Below are positions 62,962 through 64,000 of a stretch of 64,000 bases of DNA, piece after piece. How positions within the stretch are numbered: the first letter of the stretch is position 1; each line of letters opens with the position of its first letter. The notes beneath the pieces were generated by a model. That model searched no databases, was not told the DNA's origin, and was given only the letters and a program-made list of their open reading frames with translations. The position numbers were made by a program, and so were the translations under genes. Source of the DNA: Thermoclostridium sp. (lineage in GTDB: Bacteria; Bacillota; Clostridia; DSM-8532); contig JAGOJH010000001.1 of assembly GCA_017995215.1 (NCBI GenBank), forward strand, positions 143 to 64,142, read 5' to 3'.

Positions 62962-64000
62962 TCAGCCCAATTTGGCTTGTTCAAATTCATTCTGAATCTC
63001 TGCTGAAGGTTCCCTGGAAAGAATAGAAACAACGACAATGGCGATGCAGGAGAAAATAAACGCCGGCATCAGCTCATAAATGCCAAATACCCCTCCAATG
63101 GGTTTAATCAGAAGTCTCCAAATGAATACCATCGATCCGCCGGCAACCATGCCCGCGATAGCGCCGCCTCTGGTCGTTCTTTTCCAGAACAATGAGAACA
63201 GGACGATTGGTCCAAAAGTTGCACCAAAGCCTGCCCAGGCAAAAGCAACCACTTGAAAGATGATGCTGTTTTCATCAAGGCCGATAATAACACCAACAAC
63301 CGCGATCAGAAGCATCACTATTCTTGAAATAGTCATAACCTGTTTGTCGGTGGCATCTTTCTTCAAAATACCATGGTAAATATTTTTAGCCACGGACGAG
63401 GTAGCAATTAACAGGTAAGAATCGGAAGAACTGATGGTTGCAGCCAGAATGCCAGCCATAACAAGGCCTGCAAGCAATGGTGGCAGCAGGTTCCTGCTCA
63501 TTTCAATAAAAATGCTCTCAGCAGCACTGGCGGTAAGCAAGGCTGACGGATACAGGGTTCTGCCGATCAAACCGATGGCAACTGCTGCGAAAAGAGAAAT
63601 AACGCACCAAACCGTTGCAATTCTTCTGGACTTACCAAGATCAGAGGGGTTTTTAATGGCCATAAAGCGAAGTAATACCTGGGGCATACCAAAATAACCC
63701 AGACCCCACGAAAGGGTTGAAAGGATTGTCAGGAAACCATATTTTCCTGCTTCCCCAAAAATGGGCTGGTTCTGCGCGTTTAACACCTGAACGCCGTCTG
63801 CCAGCTTGGGCGCTGCAATTCCGAAGAAATCAAAGAACCCGGGGATTTGTTTAATATTATTGACAACGTTACCAATACCTCCAGCCGAAACCGTTCCCAC
63901 CACCAAAATGGTTACCAGTGCAAAAATCATCACCAGTGCTTGCATGAAGTCGGAGGCACTTTCTGCCAGAAAACCTCCGATGATGACATAAAAAATAACG
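62962..64000 (-). CDS. Sodium:solute symporter (SSS family, PutP/OpuE-like). The 5' end lies beyond the window.
   Basis: A polytopic C-terminal portion of about 340 aa (..GTLYPSALLTASAAESIF.. ..AAVVGVIIGLDENS.. ..GFGATFGPIVLFSLFWKRTTRGGA..) runs to the window edge. The M at 63945 is internal. Confidence 0.75.
   Translation of the reverse strand, partial: VIFYVIIGGFLAESASDFMQALVMIFALVTILVVGTVSAGGIGNVVNNIKQIPGFFDFFGIAAPKLADGVQVLNAQNQPIFGEAGKYGFLTILSTLSWGLGYFGMPQVLLRFMAIKNPSDLGKSRRIATVWCVISLFAAVAIGLIGRTLYPSALLTASAAESIFIEMSRNLLPPLLAGLVMAGILAATISSSDSYLLIATSSVAKNIYHGILKKDATDKQVMTISRIVMLLIAVVGVIIGLDENSIIFQVVAFAWAGFGATFGPIVLFSLFWKRTTRGGAIAGMVAGGSMVFIWRLLIKPIGGVFGIYELMPAFIFSCIAIVVVSILSREPSAEIQNEFEQAKLG

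Noticed and set aside
1-64000. CRISPR arrays, tRNA/rRNA genes, transposases/integrases, prophage genes
   Set aside because: I looked for regularly spaced short direct repeats, cloverleaf-compatible 70-90-nt segments, and transposase-like ORFs. None was found. The only repeats are the low-copy elements reported above.

Overview
This 64-kb window looks like chromosomal DNA from a low-to-moderate-GC Firmicute, probably a Clostridia-class anaerobe. The guess rests on GAGG-type ribosome-binding sites, frequent TTG/GTG start codons, a T-box leader, c-di-AMP (ydaO-type) riboswitches, an SLH-domain surface protein, many GGDEF/EAL/HD-GYP genes, and a CotH–VTC–DUF4956 trio. I found no transposase, integrase, CRISPR array, tRNA or rRNA.

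The window is densely coding on both strands, with about 45 genes. Recognisable ones include:
- carB
- a TPR/S41 peptidase
- CotH kinase with lamin-tail domains, plus VTC and DUF4956
- serC behind a T-box leader
- a divergent SDR and serine-palmitoyltransferase-like alpha-oxoamine synthase (AOS), followed by an MBOAT–DHHW pair
- citrate synthase behind a c-di-AMP riboswitch
- a patatin-like phospholipase
- a GuaA paralog
- an SH3b–NlpC/P60 hydrolase behind a second c-di-AMP riboswitch
- NfeD–flotillin
- three c-di-GMP turnover proteins
- an OmpR/histidine-kinase pair flanked by membrane-anchored alpha/beta hydrolases
- an lplABC-type sugar ABC importer
- pstSCAB
- a partial Na+/solute symporter

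There is no single obvious defence or mobile island. The most interesting leads are:
1. A 1522-aa membrane protein with an N-terminal tandem zinc ribbon and otherwise unrecognisable domains.
2. An orphan carB followed by a PurF-like Ntn-amidotransferase whose N-terminal Cys nucleophile is replaced by Gly.
3. A second glutaminase-dead amidotransferase, a GuaA paralog with a degenerate GATase domain.
4. A c-di-AMP riboswitch apparently placed upstream of citrate synthase.
5. A putative aminolipid (sphingoid-like) cluster: AOS, SDR, MBOAT and DHHW.
6. A well-supported 41-aa Arg/Phe/Pro-rich small ORF.
7. Several exact intergenic repeats and operator-like palindromes.

All calls come from reading the sequence and the ORF translations. 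No database search was run.
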